The position numbers and the translations under genes were made by a program. A model generated the notes under the pieces. The model searched no databases and was not told where the DNA came from. It worked only from the letters and a program-made list of their open reading frames with translations. Source: Stylophora pistillata (taxonomy: Eukaryota). Taken from it: a stretch of 64,000 nucleotides of DNA. The stretch's first letter is position 1, and each line of letters starts with the position of its first letter. This document shows positions 1-12,256 of this stretch, one piece after another. The stretch lies in the NCBI RefSeq assembly GCF_002571385.2, contig NW_019217786.1, positions 1,685,292 to 1,749,291 on the forward strand, written 5' to 3'.

Positions 1-662
1 AAGACTTTCAGTATGGCAACTCCCCTCACCCCCCACCCCTTCACATCTCTTCGAGATAACTGCTTTTATCACACTACTTTAACTACTATCCTAGCAAGCT
101 AGATAAGGTCCCATTTTTAAAAGGCTATTTCTATAATGTATCTTTTTTTCTTGCCTTTTGAGTATGGGAATGGGATCTACTGAGCCAGGAAATCAGAATA
201 AGAGACTTTCAACATCAAGTTGCAAGATTTGAAAACTTCTATCTGACCGCCCGTCTCTATATTTTCATCACATTCCATGTTGCTCGTTTGGAATAAATTT
301 TGGACCATAGCCACGGAAAAGCGCGTTTCAACTGAGTGGCGTAAAACCAAGTTCAAAGGAACCACATTGGCCAATCGGAACAAAGACAGCATCATATGGA
401 GCCAATCAGAACCCCAACTCAAACTCGAACCACCATAGTCTCAGTCTTGCATCTGATCGGTGGGGAGGGTAGCGGAAGTTTTTAGACCAATCATAAAGCA
501 AATTATTTAATGCAACCACCAATTACTTTCAACACTCAACTGAAGTAATTAGAGTGAAGTGGAAAAAGTGGCCTTAGGTGTGAACCTTTTTGGTTTCTGA
601 AACGACAACAGCAGTAACATTTGAGGAGCGCGCATTGTACGCATATTTGTGAACAAACAAAC

Positions 663-3600
663 CTCCAGTGTTTTTCAACTCTTCTACTAAGCGCAATCTT
701 CTCTCCGATCTCAGTGCAAACGGGCTGAGTCAGCACTATTTTAGCCAAATCTGCTTTGACTGCCAACACACGACCTCCCGTGGACAGAGAACCAATGTTC
801 ACCATCAACACTTCATTCTTAGACAACTTTTGTACCTGCAGAAAACAAAGCTTCAATTAACAACCCTCACAGCCATGTGGAATTTAGCGCATTTTGATAG
901 AGCGTTGCAAAACAAAAACCAAAGAAATCACAACAGCTAATCAGAGGAAAGGAAAATATCACAGAGCCAATCAGAGGAAAGGAAAATATCACAGAGCTAA
1001 TGAGAGCACAAAGTAAAAACAAGTAAATGGCTTAAAGCGCGGGAATACGCGGGTTACCAAGTCGCGATTAGTTTTAGTTTTAGTTTTGAATCTGATTGGT
1101 CGAGAGGATGACCCGAGTTTTCAGGACCAATCATAAAGCGAAGTAAATCAAAATCGAAAGCAATCTGAGATTTTTTTGAGGCTTAATTGAAAATCGCTCT
1201 TATTGTAAACAATTGAATTATATAGGTCAGATAATTTTAATTCTGATTGAGTTCTCATGGCCTAAGTAACTGAACACATACATACAAAAACTTTCGTTCA
1301 AAATGAACTTGCATACGGAAGTGGAGTACGTTGGTCATGTTACCCAAAACAATCATAAATAACATTAAATCAAAACAAACACAGTAATTTGTACCAAAAA
1401 TGGCAGGATCATTAATAAATAAATAATAAATAATGGACTTAAATAGCGCCATATCCGACTGCTCTATGGCGCTTTACAATACTGAGTTAAAATTCACTAA
1501 AGACAAAATAATTAAGACAAACAATCACATAAAATCACAAAATATTTGAAAAGAAAGCTTTTTAAAAAGGTAAGTCTTCAGACATTTCTTAAAAGCAGCC
1601 AAAGAAAAGCCAGGCTGTCTCATATGAATGGGCAGAGCATTCCACAACCGTGGGGCAGTCACCGCGAAAGCTCTGTCACAATAAGACTTTTGAATAGACC
1701 TTGGGACAACCAGTAGAGACTGTTTAGATGACCTGAGACTACGACTGGGGATATACGGTGTTAACAAATCACTAAGATAAGAAGGGACTAAATTATTCAG
1801 AGATTTAAAATTATGGGAAACATCTAACTCAAAATTAGGATTCATGGAAAGTTAGGTAAAATTTATCCTTTCCTGACCTCAAATTAACAAAAATAAAAAA
1901 TTTAAAGGTAAAAATTCCTCAAGTTCCAAAAATGGAGATATGGTTACTTTTTAGTCTCACAATATCCAGGTTATGATTTCCTGTGCAATACCTTGGCTCC
2001 TTTCTTGTCGCCTTCAGTCCTTACTCCCAGCAGTCTTCTCAGCAAGAAGTAGTTAATTTCCAACTCGGTGTAAATCTCAGGGAGGGTCCCAACAGCACCC
2101 AAAACCTGACTCAACAAATAAACCCAAGGGTATGAAAATTAATATCAATAACATGATACTAACAGGTACAATTTAAATATTTAAATCCTAGAGCATCATA
2201 AATTTCTGAAATATTCTCTAGGTAAAAACATCTTAAATCAATAAATCACTACTGGTATATTTTAAAAAAGTATTGGTACATATTGTGCAGATTATGGCCC
2301 TAAAAAATGACCCCAGGTATACTTGGTTGGAAACCAAATACCTAAATTTTTTCTTACATACATTACATATCTGATACACACCTGTCCTACCATCCTGTCT
2401 GCTCGGCATAACGTGGGGTCAATCTTTGTGCCAACACCTAAAGAAAGACATACAAGTTGAACCGCCATTGTTTCCAAAATTAATAACTGACTATTACTTT
2501 CAAGGAGATTAAAAAAATCAATCATCCTACCAATTAGCCCTCCAGGCACAGCAAACTGAAGCTCATTCTGCTCAGCAAACAAAGACACAATGCATGAGAA
2601 AATGGCACGGCACTGCAGTTTTCCCTCACTGTCCTTTGAAACAATACCAGGCCTCACTTCTATTTCCTGGTTCACCTGCAAATAAATATCAAATCAAACA
2701 CTTAACACTCATGCTACAACTTTCTTCTTCTTTACCAGCTTTCCTGGATTGCATCCAATCGTTAAAAGTGCCACTATGATCAAAATTTCGCATTGCCTTT
2801 TCTTTTCACTTCTGGAAACTAGAAGTAAGAAACACTTACCATCCCAAGTTTAATCCCAAAATTCTCATGGGAAGCATGATTATTTCAACCTTGTTTTTCG
2901 TTTTTGGTCACCCGCCATTACTCAATTAAAAAATGGCCGAGTGTGGCAAAATGAGTTAGCACTAGTTGGAGCCTTTCAGAAGTGACGTCATATGCGCAGC
3001 TCAACCTAAAAAACGTGGCTAAATTTGCATGCCATTTGGAAGAAGAATACAAGCAAGAATACATCTTATAAAACGCCTAGATTTCCACTGTGGAATCTCT
3101 CACAACACACGAAGCGCGATGCAAAAGTGCGCATATGACATCACAGGCCAACTCATGCATAAAACCGCTTTTCAGTTCAGTCACTGGCTCTCGGTTGCGA
3201 GCTGAGTAATGGCGGACGGGTTTTTCGTGAATTTCAGCCAGCTATATCAAGGCGTATTTCGCTTCCATCAACCTAAAAACTATCCCATAGAACAATTCTA
3301 ACCATATTAACTTGATCGGCGCTAAAAAATGTCAAAACCAGAGACAAAAATTTTCGTCGTAGTGGCACTTTAAGATCTTGGACTACTCAAACAAGAATAC
3401 AGAACTTCAAAAGGATGTTTAATCATCCATATACAAGGGTAACTCTACTTCAGCGTTCATTGATCAGTTGAACAGTTAATTACCACTGATGTTAATTTCC
3501 TACGATAAGGGAAGATATAAATAAAAATGAAAGAAAGGTTTGTAAGAATATCAGAAGGTATATCTGACAAACAACTATACATTAAGGGAGATAAGAAAGT

Positions 3601-6600
3601 TTTCATCATAAACTTACTCTAAGAACTCCACATAGTATGCTTCCCCCAGCAACACCACCTTTGAGTTCCTCTACCTCACATCCTGGTTTGTTTACGTCAA
3701 AAGATCTGATAACTAAACACCATGACATAAATTAATAGTAACAACTAGGTTTTATGAGAAATATCATGGAAAAGACATACCTTTTCCATGTAGATGTTGT
3801 AGTTCAATTTTATACTTGGTTCAAATCTTATTTTCCTTTATTCTTGGTCATGTTAATGTATGATAATGAGTTTGAAACAAAGGAAAATAAAATTTGAACC
3901 AAGGATAAAATTGAACTACAACATAAACACCAATTATTGCAATTCTGTCGACAGAACCCTTTCAAGAAACTGTGCTGCATACCTATGAGTTTAGCACTGG
4001 AGGTGAAATATCTGACAGGTACTGGGATCTTCTTACAGATGTATTCACAGATGACTTCTATGTTGTACTTTAGCTGAGCTGAAATTGGAACCACAGGGGC
4101 TCCTTCAGCTATAGTTCCTTAAAAATAAAATTAGAAAAAGAAAAAAAATTGACATGTAAGTATCCAGCAATGCCTTGCTATATAGTAGAACCTTGTTAGC
4201 TACTGGGATTGGTACTCAATTTGAAGTATCCTGCTGTGATCTGGAGTCAAGTGTTTTTAAACATGAGCCACTGGCTCAAAAGATTGGGCAACCACTTCCT
4301 ACATTATCAACTTTAAATAAATTATTTATATATTAATGTTTCCTGTTTATCATCCGTTTTTAATGAGACAGTTTTGTTGAGAAGTTCGCACAGAAGATAA
4401 GGCTTTTTGGACGTATGTGTTTTGCAAAGTTCACTAATGCTCTCAGGGAATTTCCAAGTTCAATTCGTGTTATTGCAGTGTACTTAGAAGTCTAAGAATT
4501 AACTATTGAGGAAGTCTTTACAAATACATTTGCATAAATTTTGAGTTATCAGGGTAAATTTGAGTCAAATTAGAATCCATTGAAGTCAACAGGGAGTTGG
4601 AGGGAACCAACTTTAAATGGGTTAGCAAAACGTGAATGACTGACAATAAGGTCAAATCCAAGGAAAATGGCATTTTGTTCCAGTTGGCAGGGCATTTGAG
4701 TTAACTGAGATTGAATAAGTGGGGTTCTACTGTATTTCAGGCCATCAAAATTTAATACTGAATTCTCTGATCATGGATGCAAAATAAACAGCCTGCCTGA
4801 TTCCACACTGTAATGTAAGTAGCACTTTTCATACTATACACAGTTTATTCTCACCCTGAACAAACTGGAGAATCTGTTCATATTGTTCTTTAGCCTGGCT
4901 CTCCTTGACAAGATCAATCTTGTTTTGAAGGATAATTATATGCTTTAGCTTCATTATTTCAATGGCTGCCAGATGTTCTGAAGTCTGAGGCTGAGGACAA
5001 GATTCATTTCCAGCTTGGATAAAAAGAAACAAAGACTATTCAATCTTAACTAAAAGTAAATAATGAAGAAGTTACAGATGTTATCATTAGATGCTTGGAA
5101 CTCTAACATGGTACAATAGCATTCAATTTTGAAATTTTGAAATCTTTTGGTCTGTGGTGCTCAAAAGAGGTCATAGCTTTCCCAAAAAAAAAAACATATT
5201 TGAGACACTCAAAATTTGACATTTAACTGATCAAAGTCAGTTTTACAGTGCTATGGTCATTCACATTTTCTAATATCCTTTTCATTGATTTTATCCAACC
5301 ATTCATTCTGCTATCTGGATAAGATTTCCACTACTGTTCATAAATTTGATTTCAACAAAATCCTTTCTCTGAGGGCAAAAAAGTTTTGTACCCTTCATTA
5401 ATTCTATTTTGTAACAGTGACAATACCCTAATAAAAAGAGAACAAAGTTGAACACCAACCTATCAGTAAAAGAGCAGCATCCATAACAGCTGCTCCATTC
5501 AACATTGTGGCCATAAGAATATCGTGGCCAGGACAATCAACAAATGACACATGTCTGAAAAGAAATGGAACCACAAGTACTGATTAGAGCTACATGAATT
5601 AAAAAGCTGACTCTATAAATTACTAGATGCATTTTTGCATTCACTTGGGCTTTCTCTTGGAAAGAAACTTTTTTTTTGTGCCTGTGTTTGTATATTCTGC
5701 TTGGTTGACGATCACATCTACATACACGATGAGATATGTGTTTATGCTTCTCTCGATAAACATTAGATACCGTAGCACAGTTCATATAGCATGTGTCTTG
5801 ATGAAAAGTTCACTCAGGAATGTTTGCTCAGAAAGAGATCTCTTTCAAGGCTCACAGACCGACCCATTCCAGAAACACTTGATATCTTTTAGTGTGGGTC
5901 TACCATGAACACTGTGTGCATATTTTGTATGCGTTTTGAGCATATTATACAGAGTATCCATGCTGATTTTGAACCACTAAAACTTCTCTTCTTCCACCAT
6001 TACACCATGCCATATGCTCATCAGTCAAAACGTTCTGCATGCGTCAGAATCCAAACATCATGCACGCATGTTAAGGACTTGACCGCAATTTGTGACTGAA
6101 TTTCAACTCGGGTGTTTCCAGTGGAAAGCCCAAGTGATAAATTTAAACCGCACAAAATCTCTTTTTCTTTTTATCCCTTTTCTTATCAATTTTTTGGTCG
6201 TGATTTTAGGTTGCAAAGTAGTAACTTAAAATAATATGGGTTTGGATCTTCATTTATGGCATGAAGTAACCAAGGGTAGTGCTGTTTTTCCTCCTGAATA
6301 GAGAGAGGCACGTAAGGGTCAGTATCCAACATGCTAATCAATGTGCACCATGTCAGCTGCACCTACAAAGTAAGTTGAGTCTGATACTCTTGCTCACAAG
6401 AGGGGGAATTCCACAGCTGAAAGCCCAAGTAAGAAAATATTTTGTCATCTAACTACAACAACTATCATTTAAATATACCAACAAAGTTGAAATGGTAAAT
6501 TGGCCACCGTTACGATTATAAAAGCTGACGTTTCGAGCGTTAGCCCTTCGTGGGAGCAAAGTTTCTTTCCATTTGCTCCAACGAAGGGCTAACGCTCGAA

Positions 6601-9600
6601 ACATTAGCTTTTGAAACCGTAACGGTGGCCAATTTACCATTTCAACTTTGTTGATATATTCAAATTATTTCATTACCCCCACCAACAGCCCCAAACAGTT
6701 TCCTTAGAAACTTTCAGCCCTTACAACAACTATCAAGTGCTTTAAAAGAAAGAAAATAAATTGACTGTTTAGATCTACCAATCATGATTGGACAACTGGC
6801 AATTGGATTTTGAGTCTTCTGAATATCCTCCATGTTTCCTAAGCAGTTAAATGACAATTTATTCCAGCATGAAATGCAATTAGTCACTACAATTGAACTT
6901 CAAGTCTCACCGAACTAATCTAAATTTTCCATTGCATCCCATACGGTCACAAGCAAATACATCCTCCCTTGCACTTCCAGATGACTGCTAGCAACTAGGC
7001 CTTGGACATGAACTGCTGTCACACTTGTAGATCTGTCAGTGAAACAATAATTATGTTGAGGTATTAACCAGACAACGCTCACCTTGGCCCAGTTGTTCAA
7101 AGGCTATATAATGTGATCCAATGGATACTGTGCCCTCCGCCAGATAGAGATTTATCCCGAGGATAACATTATCCAACCTTTGAACAACTGGCGTTTGTTG
7201 TACAAGTTGTTAACCCTTCAACATCCATGGGAGACCAAGACAGAGTTTCTCCTTGAAATTTTAATTTAATCAGGGCTCAACACTAATGGCAGCCCACTAG
7301 CCACAGACTAATAGAATTCAGTTTTGGCTAGTGGTTTTCAATTTCCACTAACCAGTTTGGCTAGTAAAAGTGAAATTGTCATAACATACAAGATGCCACT
7401 AGCCACTTTACTAGAAAGTTGAAAAGTTAGTGTCAAGCCCTGAAAACATTAGGCAGACAAGTGATCAGGATAAAGGAAAACATAAGCAAGGAGATTGTTG
7501 GTTGATCCAATACCAGATTCTCCAAACTAATATCATAGGAATTGTATAGCAGACAGAAAAGAGAATTACTGGTGAGATCTTGCGGGTATAAAGTTTAAAC
7601 TAACTAATGAGAGAGAATCTTTAAGACTTGAATTTTACTTTTAGTTGTTAGAAAGTATGGTGCTGGAAAAATCAATCACAGCATCCTCAACAATGATCAA
7701 CAACTGCCTTTTCAAATAATTTCATTCATGAGACAGGTTATAAGGTCACCATCCTCTCACTTATTTAAATATTACTTTTGATGGCCAGCTAGACCACATA
7801 TACACGATTACTGTCTAACAAAGTCTACATTCAAAGAAGCTTCAGTAATATCAAACCCGAGAAATCTGATCTGAATGTCACTGACTTACCTTTGCATTGG
7901 CATATCCTAGCTTGATTGTAATGTTTCTCTCAAGTTCATTTTTAAACCTGACAGTCTGAAAAAAGGAATACAAAGTAATTTAATCATTATTGACCAGTAC
8001 ATAACTGCCATCAGCTAGCTTACAATGGAATCAACAACCTTTATAGTGCATGTTGGTGTCAGAGCTCTTGAGAGACTACTATTAATCCTGCAGTTAGCAT
8101 GGGAGTCTTACTGCTGGCCAATCTTTTTTCTGGCCTGTGTGCCCTCTGACAGTAAATGGTCAAGTCGCCCAAGAGTCATTTTGCCCCAAGTCATGTCATT
8201 TGAAACCTGAGTCGTGTCACCCAAAATCTGAATCATGCTGCCTGAAATTTTAGTCATGTCGCCCGGAAAAAAAAGTCAAGTTGCCCAAAGAAACAAATAC
8301 CTAAAATATCAGACTTACAGTCTGTAAATATGCATTCCCAACCATGAAAACTACAGTAAACAGATGTCCATTGTCGCATAGTAAAAAGTGTAGCAAGTAG
8401 CATACAAATAAAGGTCTGCTGTGTCTATTTGTGATCTTCTTAAAATAGATAGGTTTATTAATTTAACCTGTGATAGCATATTACAACAATTAGTATTAAA
8501 CTAGCAAAAAAAATCTTAATGTAAGCCTTAAAAAAAACTTATTCCTAGCTAAATGCAAAGTAATAAATTCATCTAACTAATCGGTATGGATAGGTCCATG
8601 TCCCACCAAGTGAGAGCAAGCTTTAAGAATGCACCTTGCTGAAAACGCAGCATTTTGTTATTATAGAAACAAATGCTTCCCCTTGTTGTTTGGTTGCTCA
8701 AACATGTTTTAATTCTGACTGTACAATCCATTATTGTGTAGTCAAGGTCTTCAAGCTATTGTTAGAACCAAGATAAAGTTTTTTTTAAGTGCGAAACATC
8801 CATGAGTGCAAAACGAGTACATACTAAACAAACTGCACTTCATTTAGTTGTTGGAAATGAACAATGCCTCCCTTTGTTGTTCAAAACAAACAACACTTTT
8901 AGAATTGTTACTCTAACATATTTCAATTCTGATAACAGGATTGATTACTGTGTAGTCAAAGTCTTCATGGTATTGTTAGAAACAAAGATGACGTTTTTTT
9001 AAGTGTACAAAATGTCTGTGAGTTCAAAACAAGTACATACCAACCAAACAAAACTTTATTTTGTTGTAAGAAATGAACAATGCTTCCCTTTGTTGTTACA
9101 AATGAACAATGCTTTTTTAATCTTCATGGTGTAATCAGAAACTAAGAATGCTTTTGCAATAAAGATTTCTCAACATTATTTCCTATTTACAGACTGTATG
9201 TCTGATCTTTTAGGTATTTGTTTGTTCAGGCGACTTAACCTTTTTTTTCGGGCGACATGACTAAAATTTTGGGCAACATGACTCAGGTCTCAGGCGACTT
9301 GACTTTGGGTGAGATGACTCTCGGGTGACTTAACTGTAAACCCTTCTGATGGATGATCTTCAGTTGCACGGTTCAAATGCTCCTTGCACGGTTAGCCACA
9401 TGCAAGCAATACCCACACCAGCAGAATACTCCCATTACTTTAGTGTTATCACACAAGGACGACTACGAATTGAAAATCACCTGTACTCCTGATAATGCTT
9501 TGACAACTGTTGATTTTCCGTGAGCCACATGGCCGATAGTTCCTATAAAAAAAAAGTAAAAAAAAACGGAAAACCTTGTGGCAAAAGTAATTCTGATGCA

Positions 9601-9973
9601 AAAAAATAGCAAATTTTTCTAAGATCAATAAAACACCGATGACTTTCTCCCTTCTTATTTCTGATCGTAAAGTAGGCTCTATCCATCTAGCCTATAAAAA
9701 TATTTCATGTAGTGTATATTAATATCTTACCGATGTTGATCGTTGCTTGACGACTGATAACTTCGGGAGTAAGAGGATTTAGCTGAGATTCATCCTAATA
9801 CAAAAGCAAAAATATGAACAAACGTAATTCAAACCTATCAACCTTGAATTATTTCACTCTACACGTGACTGTCGAGATGGATCAAACACAATCTCTACCA
9901 ATTTTGTTAGATCTTGCTTCGCCAAATGAGGCTGTCCAGTTGTGGTCTGAGATGAAACATTGTCTGCAGCCAT
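663..9973 (-). CDS. EIF2S3: Eukaryotic translation initiation factor 2 subunit gamma; 13 coding exons in window, last exon not found (presumably left of position 1); contains one in-frame TAG at 6988-6990
   Basis: Exons (all GT-AG, phases consistent): 9899-9973, 9731-9794, 9481-9542, 7890-7955, 6911-7032, 5460-5554, 4855-5013, 3983-4117, 3618-3712, 2531-2675, 2382-2437, 1992-2105, 663-835. Translation [22 protein letters not shown]...[50 protein letters not shown]...[20 protein letters not shown]...[10 protein letters not shown]...[10 protein letters not shown]...[11 protein letters not shown] matches eIF2-gamma, with all GTPase motifs intact. Confidence 0.96.
1405..1812 (-). mobile_element. 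LINE (CR1/L2 clade) 3' fragment
   Basis: [53 protein letters not shown] is typical of the ORF2 C-terminus; followed by a TTATTTATT-type tail. Confidence 0.8.
2767..3369. mobile_element. MITE with TTAA target (Kolobok-like termini)
   Basis: TTAA(A)AGTGCCACTATGATCAAAATTT ... AAATTTTCGTCGTAGTGGCACT-TTAA. Confidence 0.72.
4183..4732. mobile_element. Decayed TA-flanked MITE (Tigger/pogo-like termini)
   Basis: TA-TAGTAGAACC ... GGTTCTACTG-TA. Confidence 0.5.
6468..6721 (+). mobile_element. Same foldback/hammerhead element, more decayed; 14-bp TSD; in an eIF2-gamma intron
   Basis: TSD TACAACAACTATCA at 6454-6467 and 6722-6735; arms CAACAAAGTTGAAATGGTAAATTGGCCACCGT.. and its reverse complement. 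Confidence 0.78.
7271..7442. mobile_element. hAT-like MITE nested in a TTAACCCTT-terminated repeat (~7209-7598)
   Basis: CAGGGCTCAACACTAA ... TTAGTGTCAAGCCCTG with CACTAGCCA subrepeats; host family also seen, decayed, near 15870-16075, 29620-29810, 35785-35992, 39826-39974, 50412-50610. Confidence 0.6.
8150..9340. mobile_element. Non-autonomous DNA transposon with ~180-bp modular TIRs and internal ~200-bp tandem subrepeats
   Basis: 8150-8330 (GTCAAGTCGCCC../AGTCATGTCGCCCG..CAGTCTGTAAATA) is the inverse of 9183-9340; AACAATGCTTCCCTTTGTTGTT-like motif recurs near 8668, 8860, 9075. Confidence 0.75.
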
Positions 9974-10051
9974 CACTATGTAACTGTACACTTCAGTCTA
10001 TAACGTAAAATTTTTTTTTAAGGTTTTTTTTTTCTTTCATAAAGCCATTTA

Positions 10052-10062
10052 CAAGATGGCGC
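10052..10062 (-). promoter_or_regulatory. YY1-type motif near the eIF2-gamma start
   Basis: CAAGATGGCGC (sense-strand GCGCCATCTTG) ~80 bp upstream of the ATG; common at housekeeping and translation-gene promoters. Confidence 0.45.
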
Positions 10063-10793
10063 CGGATGATGCAACGTGGTGGTCAAAGACCTGGGTTCTA
10101 ATCTACCACGGTAGAAAATTCCGCAGGACATAACCTCAGTCTTACACAACGTAAAACCGTGTAGCCCACTGTTCTGTGGTTTTTTGTTTTTTGTTTTTTT
10201 GTTGTAGTTTTGTTTTTTTTTTTATCCCCGAGAAGAGGAATTGTGGAGATTTTTAAACTTTATTAACTTTGCAGCAACCTTATGGTGCTCACTCTTAAAG
10301 ATAACCTGATTGAAACCTGTTTTTCCTGATGGAATGATCTGCGAAAATATATTTTCTCAACGGAATGACCGGAATGTTTTTTTTTTCCTTTGGGAAAGGC
10401 AAATAATGATTATATTGTATCGTGCACACAGCACGAGAAGCTTGCCCATGCTATGAGAGGGGGCATCTTGCCCAAATTTATCCCATTCTAACTGGCGTCT
10501 CTGCTTGTAAATGGGGCTCAATAGCAAAATTCATTCACTCGACACCGAAAATAAATAAACAGATCCATGACCCATCAATAATACTGTTTTCAGGGCACGT
10601 TTCTGATCAATCCTGATCTCAATTTGTGCTCCGTCTACCCTGGCCTTGGGATAATAGGCCTCAAAGCCTTATAGCCTTCTCTCTCCAAATCTCTCTGTCA
10701 ATGTGATCACTGTTGGATTTCCCTTTTGTTAGCCTGTCCCAGGCGTTTACTTAGCCAAATGTAGCGAAATAGAAATCGGCGCGAACAGGGAGA

Positions 10794-10833
10794 AACTTGG
10801 AACTTGGAACTTGGAACTTGGAACTTGGAACTT
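10794..10833. repeat. (AACTTGG)n 7-bp tandem repeat, ~5.5 units
   Basis: Direct reading. Confidence 0.9.
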
Positions 10834-11078
10834 ATACTCCCAAATAGCTGGGCTAACGCTGGGAGATATAGAAAAAAGAGTGAAAAGCGAGAGAGGTTTG
10901 GATCAAGTCGGAACCAGACTCCTAACCGTTCCTTTGTTCACTCCTCTACTACTATTTACGGCACTGCAAGCTTACTATTGCGCTTTGCTTCACTAACTGA
11001 TTGCCTGAAAAGGGTACCCTTCCGTAAGTTCCTTTCTTCCTCATGACTATTTCATGCAGCTTATTTTAGTGCAATATA

Positions 11079-11181
11079 ATTTGGTTTTATCATCTGAGTT
11101 GATAATCTGATGAGAGGCTAATGCTCGAAACGTCAGCTTAGAAACCTTTTACGGTGGCTAATTAACAATTATTCCAAGAGC

Positions 11182-11215
<34 letters not shown>

Positions 11216-11229
11216 AGCGCGTGGCTATA

Positions 11230-11266
<37 letters not shown>

Positions 11267-11402
11267 TTTTGTTAAAAACGTTAAATTAAATTATTAAATT
11301 TTATTAAATTTTTAGCTCCCTTTTAATTTTAAGCCGACACGTACACTTGCCATATTTGTAGATTATGGTATATTGCGTGATATACCATAATGGCTACGAC
11401 AC

Positions 11403-11434
<32 letters not shown>

Positions 11435-11545
11435 TAGTTTTTAATAATTTACATTATCAACTCAGTCGATAATACCAAATTGTCTTGTTATACACCCACG
11501 CCGACGCAGCCCCGCAGTTTCTATGTAAACTCATCCCCTTTATTT
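11079..11545 (+). mobile_element. Sister-subfamily foldback element with canonical CTGATGA core (11107-11136), interrupted by a nested hairpin-bearing repeat (~11164-11447)
   Basis: CTGATGAGAGGCTAATGCTCGAAACGTCAGCT..TACGGTGGCTAATT continues after the insert as TACATTATCAACTCAGTCGATAATACCAAATT..CCGACGCAGC; the insert carries palindrome AACAATTATTCC..GGAATAATTGTT. Confidence 0.65.
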
Positions 11546-12256
11546 TAGTACACTTCGACGCAAAGGGAAAGATGCTTACTCTCTTTCAGGTGAACAAAGA
11601 TAGCAAAATGTATGGTGAAAATCATTTTATTTCGGCTCCATCTCTTTGAAACATGGCAATAGAATCAAAAAATTTACTGGTTAATTTCCCTGACCTTCAT
11701 ATCATACCTAAATAAGAAATATTTCAATATTTGCAATCTAAAACTCTTTGTTACCTCATTTCATTTTACTAAATTGGGAAAATCAGGTTAAAAATCAGGT
11801 TAAAATTATCATGACCTAATGATTTTCATTTCAAAAACTCTCATCGACTATGTGTGAACATCGGTTCCTCTTATCCTCTCCGTATTGATAGCATTTGATA
11901 GCAAATTTGTGCAGATCAACATAATAAATCTTACAACCCACAATCAAGTGTTCTGTTTCTTTCACCTGCGCCAAATCCCGCGGTGCACCGCGAGCGGCAA
12001 AGTAAGACCCTACTGGTATTCTCTCGTCGGTCGTTCCAGGAAGAGAGATGAGGAAGAGCAAAGAAGCACGCAGTTGGTGAAATATAAGCGGAGTTTGATT
12101 GCTTAGATTCTATGAAAGTAATGATGAATATTCTTGAGTCCTAGCGACAAAATTGCTCTTTTACACACAGGAATGGTCGATGACATCTCTTGGAAGTCCT
12201 TCATCGTGTTGGCGACGTTAACAACTTTTAGCGCTCTGCGCCAGTGACGTCATCCC

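Noticed and set aside
1-662. Final eIF2-gamma exon (expected LIGWG..)
   Set aside because: Not found; the CTGATTGG-like matches belong to the CCAATCA repeat. It probably lies outside the window.
3551-3609. Intronic C/D snoRNA (minus ATGATGA..CTGA) in eIF2-gamma
   Set aside because: The C box is only ~8 nt from the donor site; I saw no terminal stem or recognisable rRNA guide.
6988-6990. Selenocysteine/pyrrolysine recoding or a variant genetic code
   Set aside because: Sec uses UGA, Pyl is not known in animals, and TAG serves as a normal stop for the GPCR and myosin light chain genes in this window.
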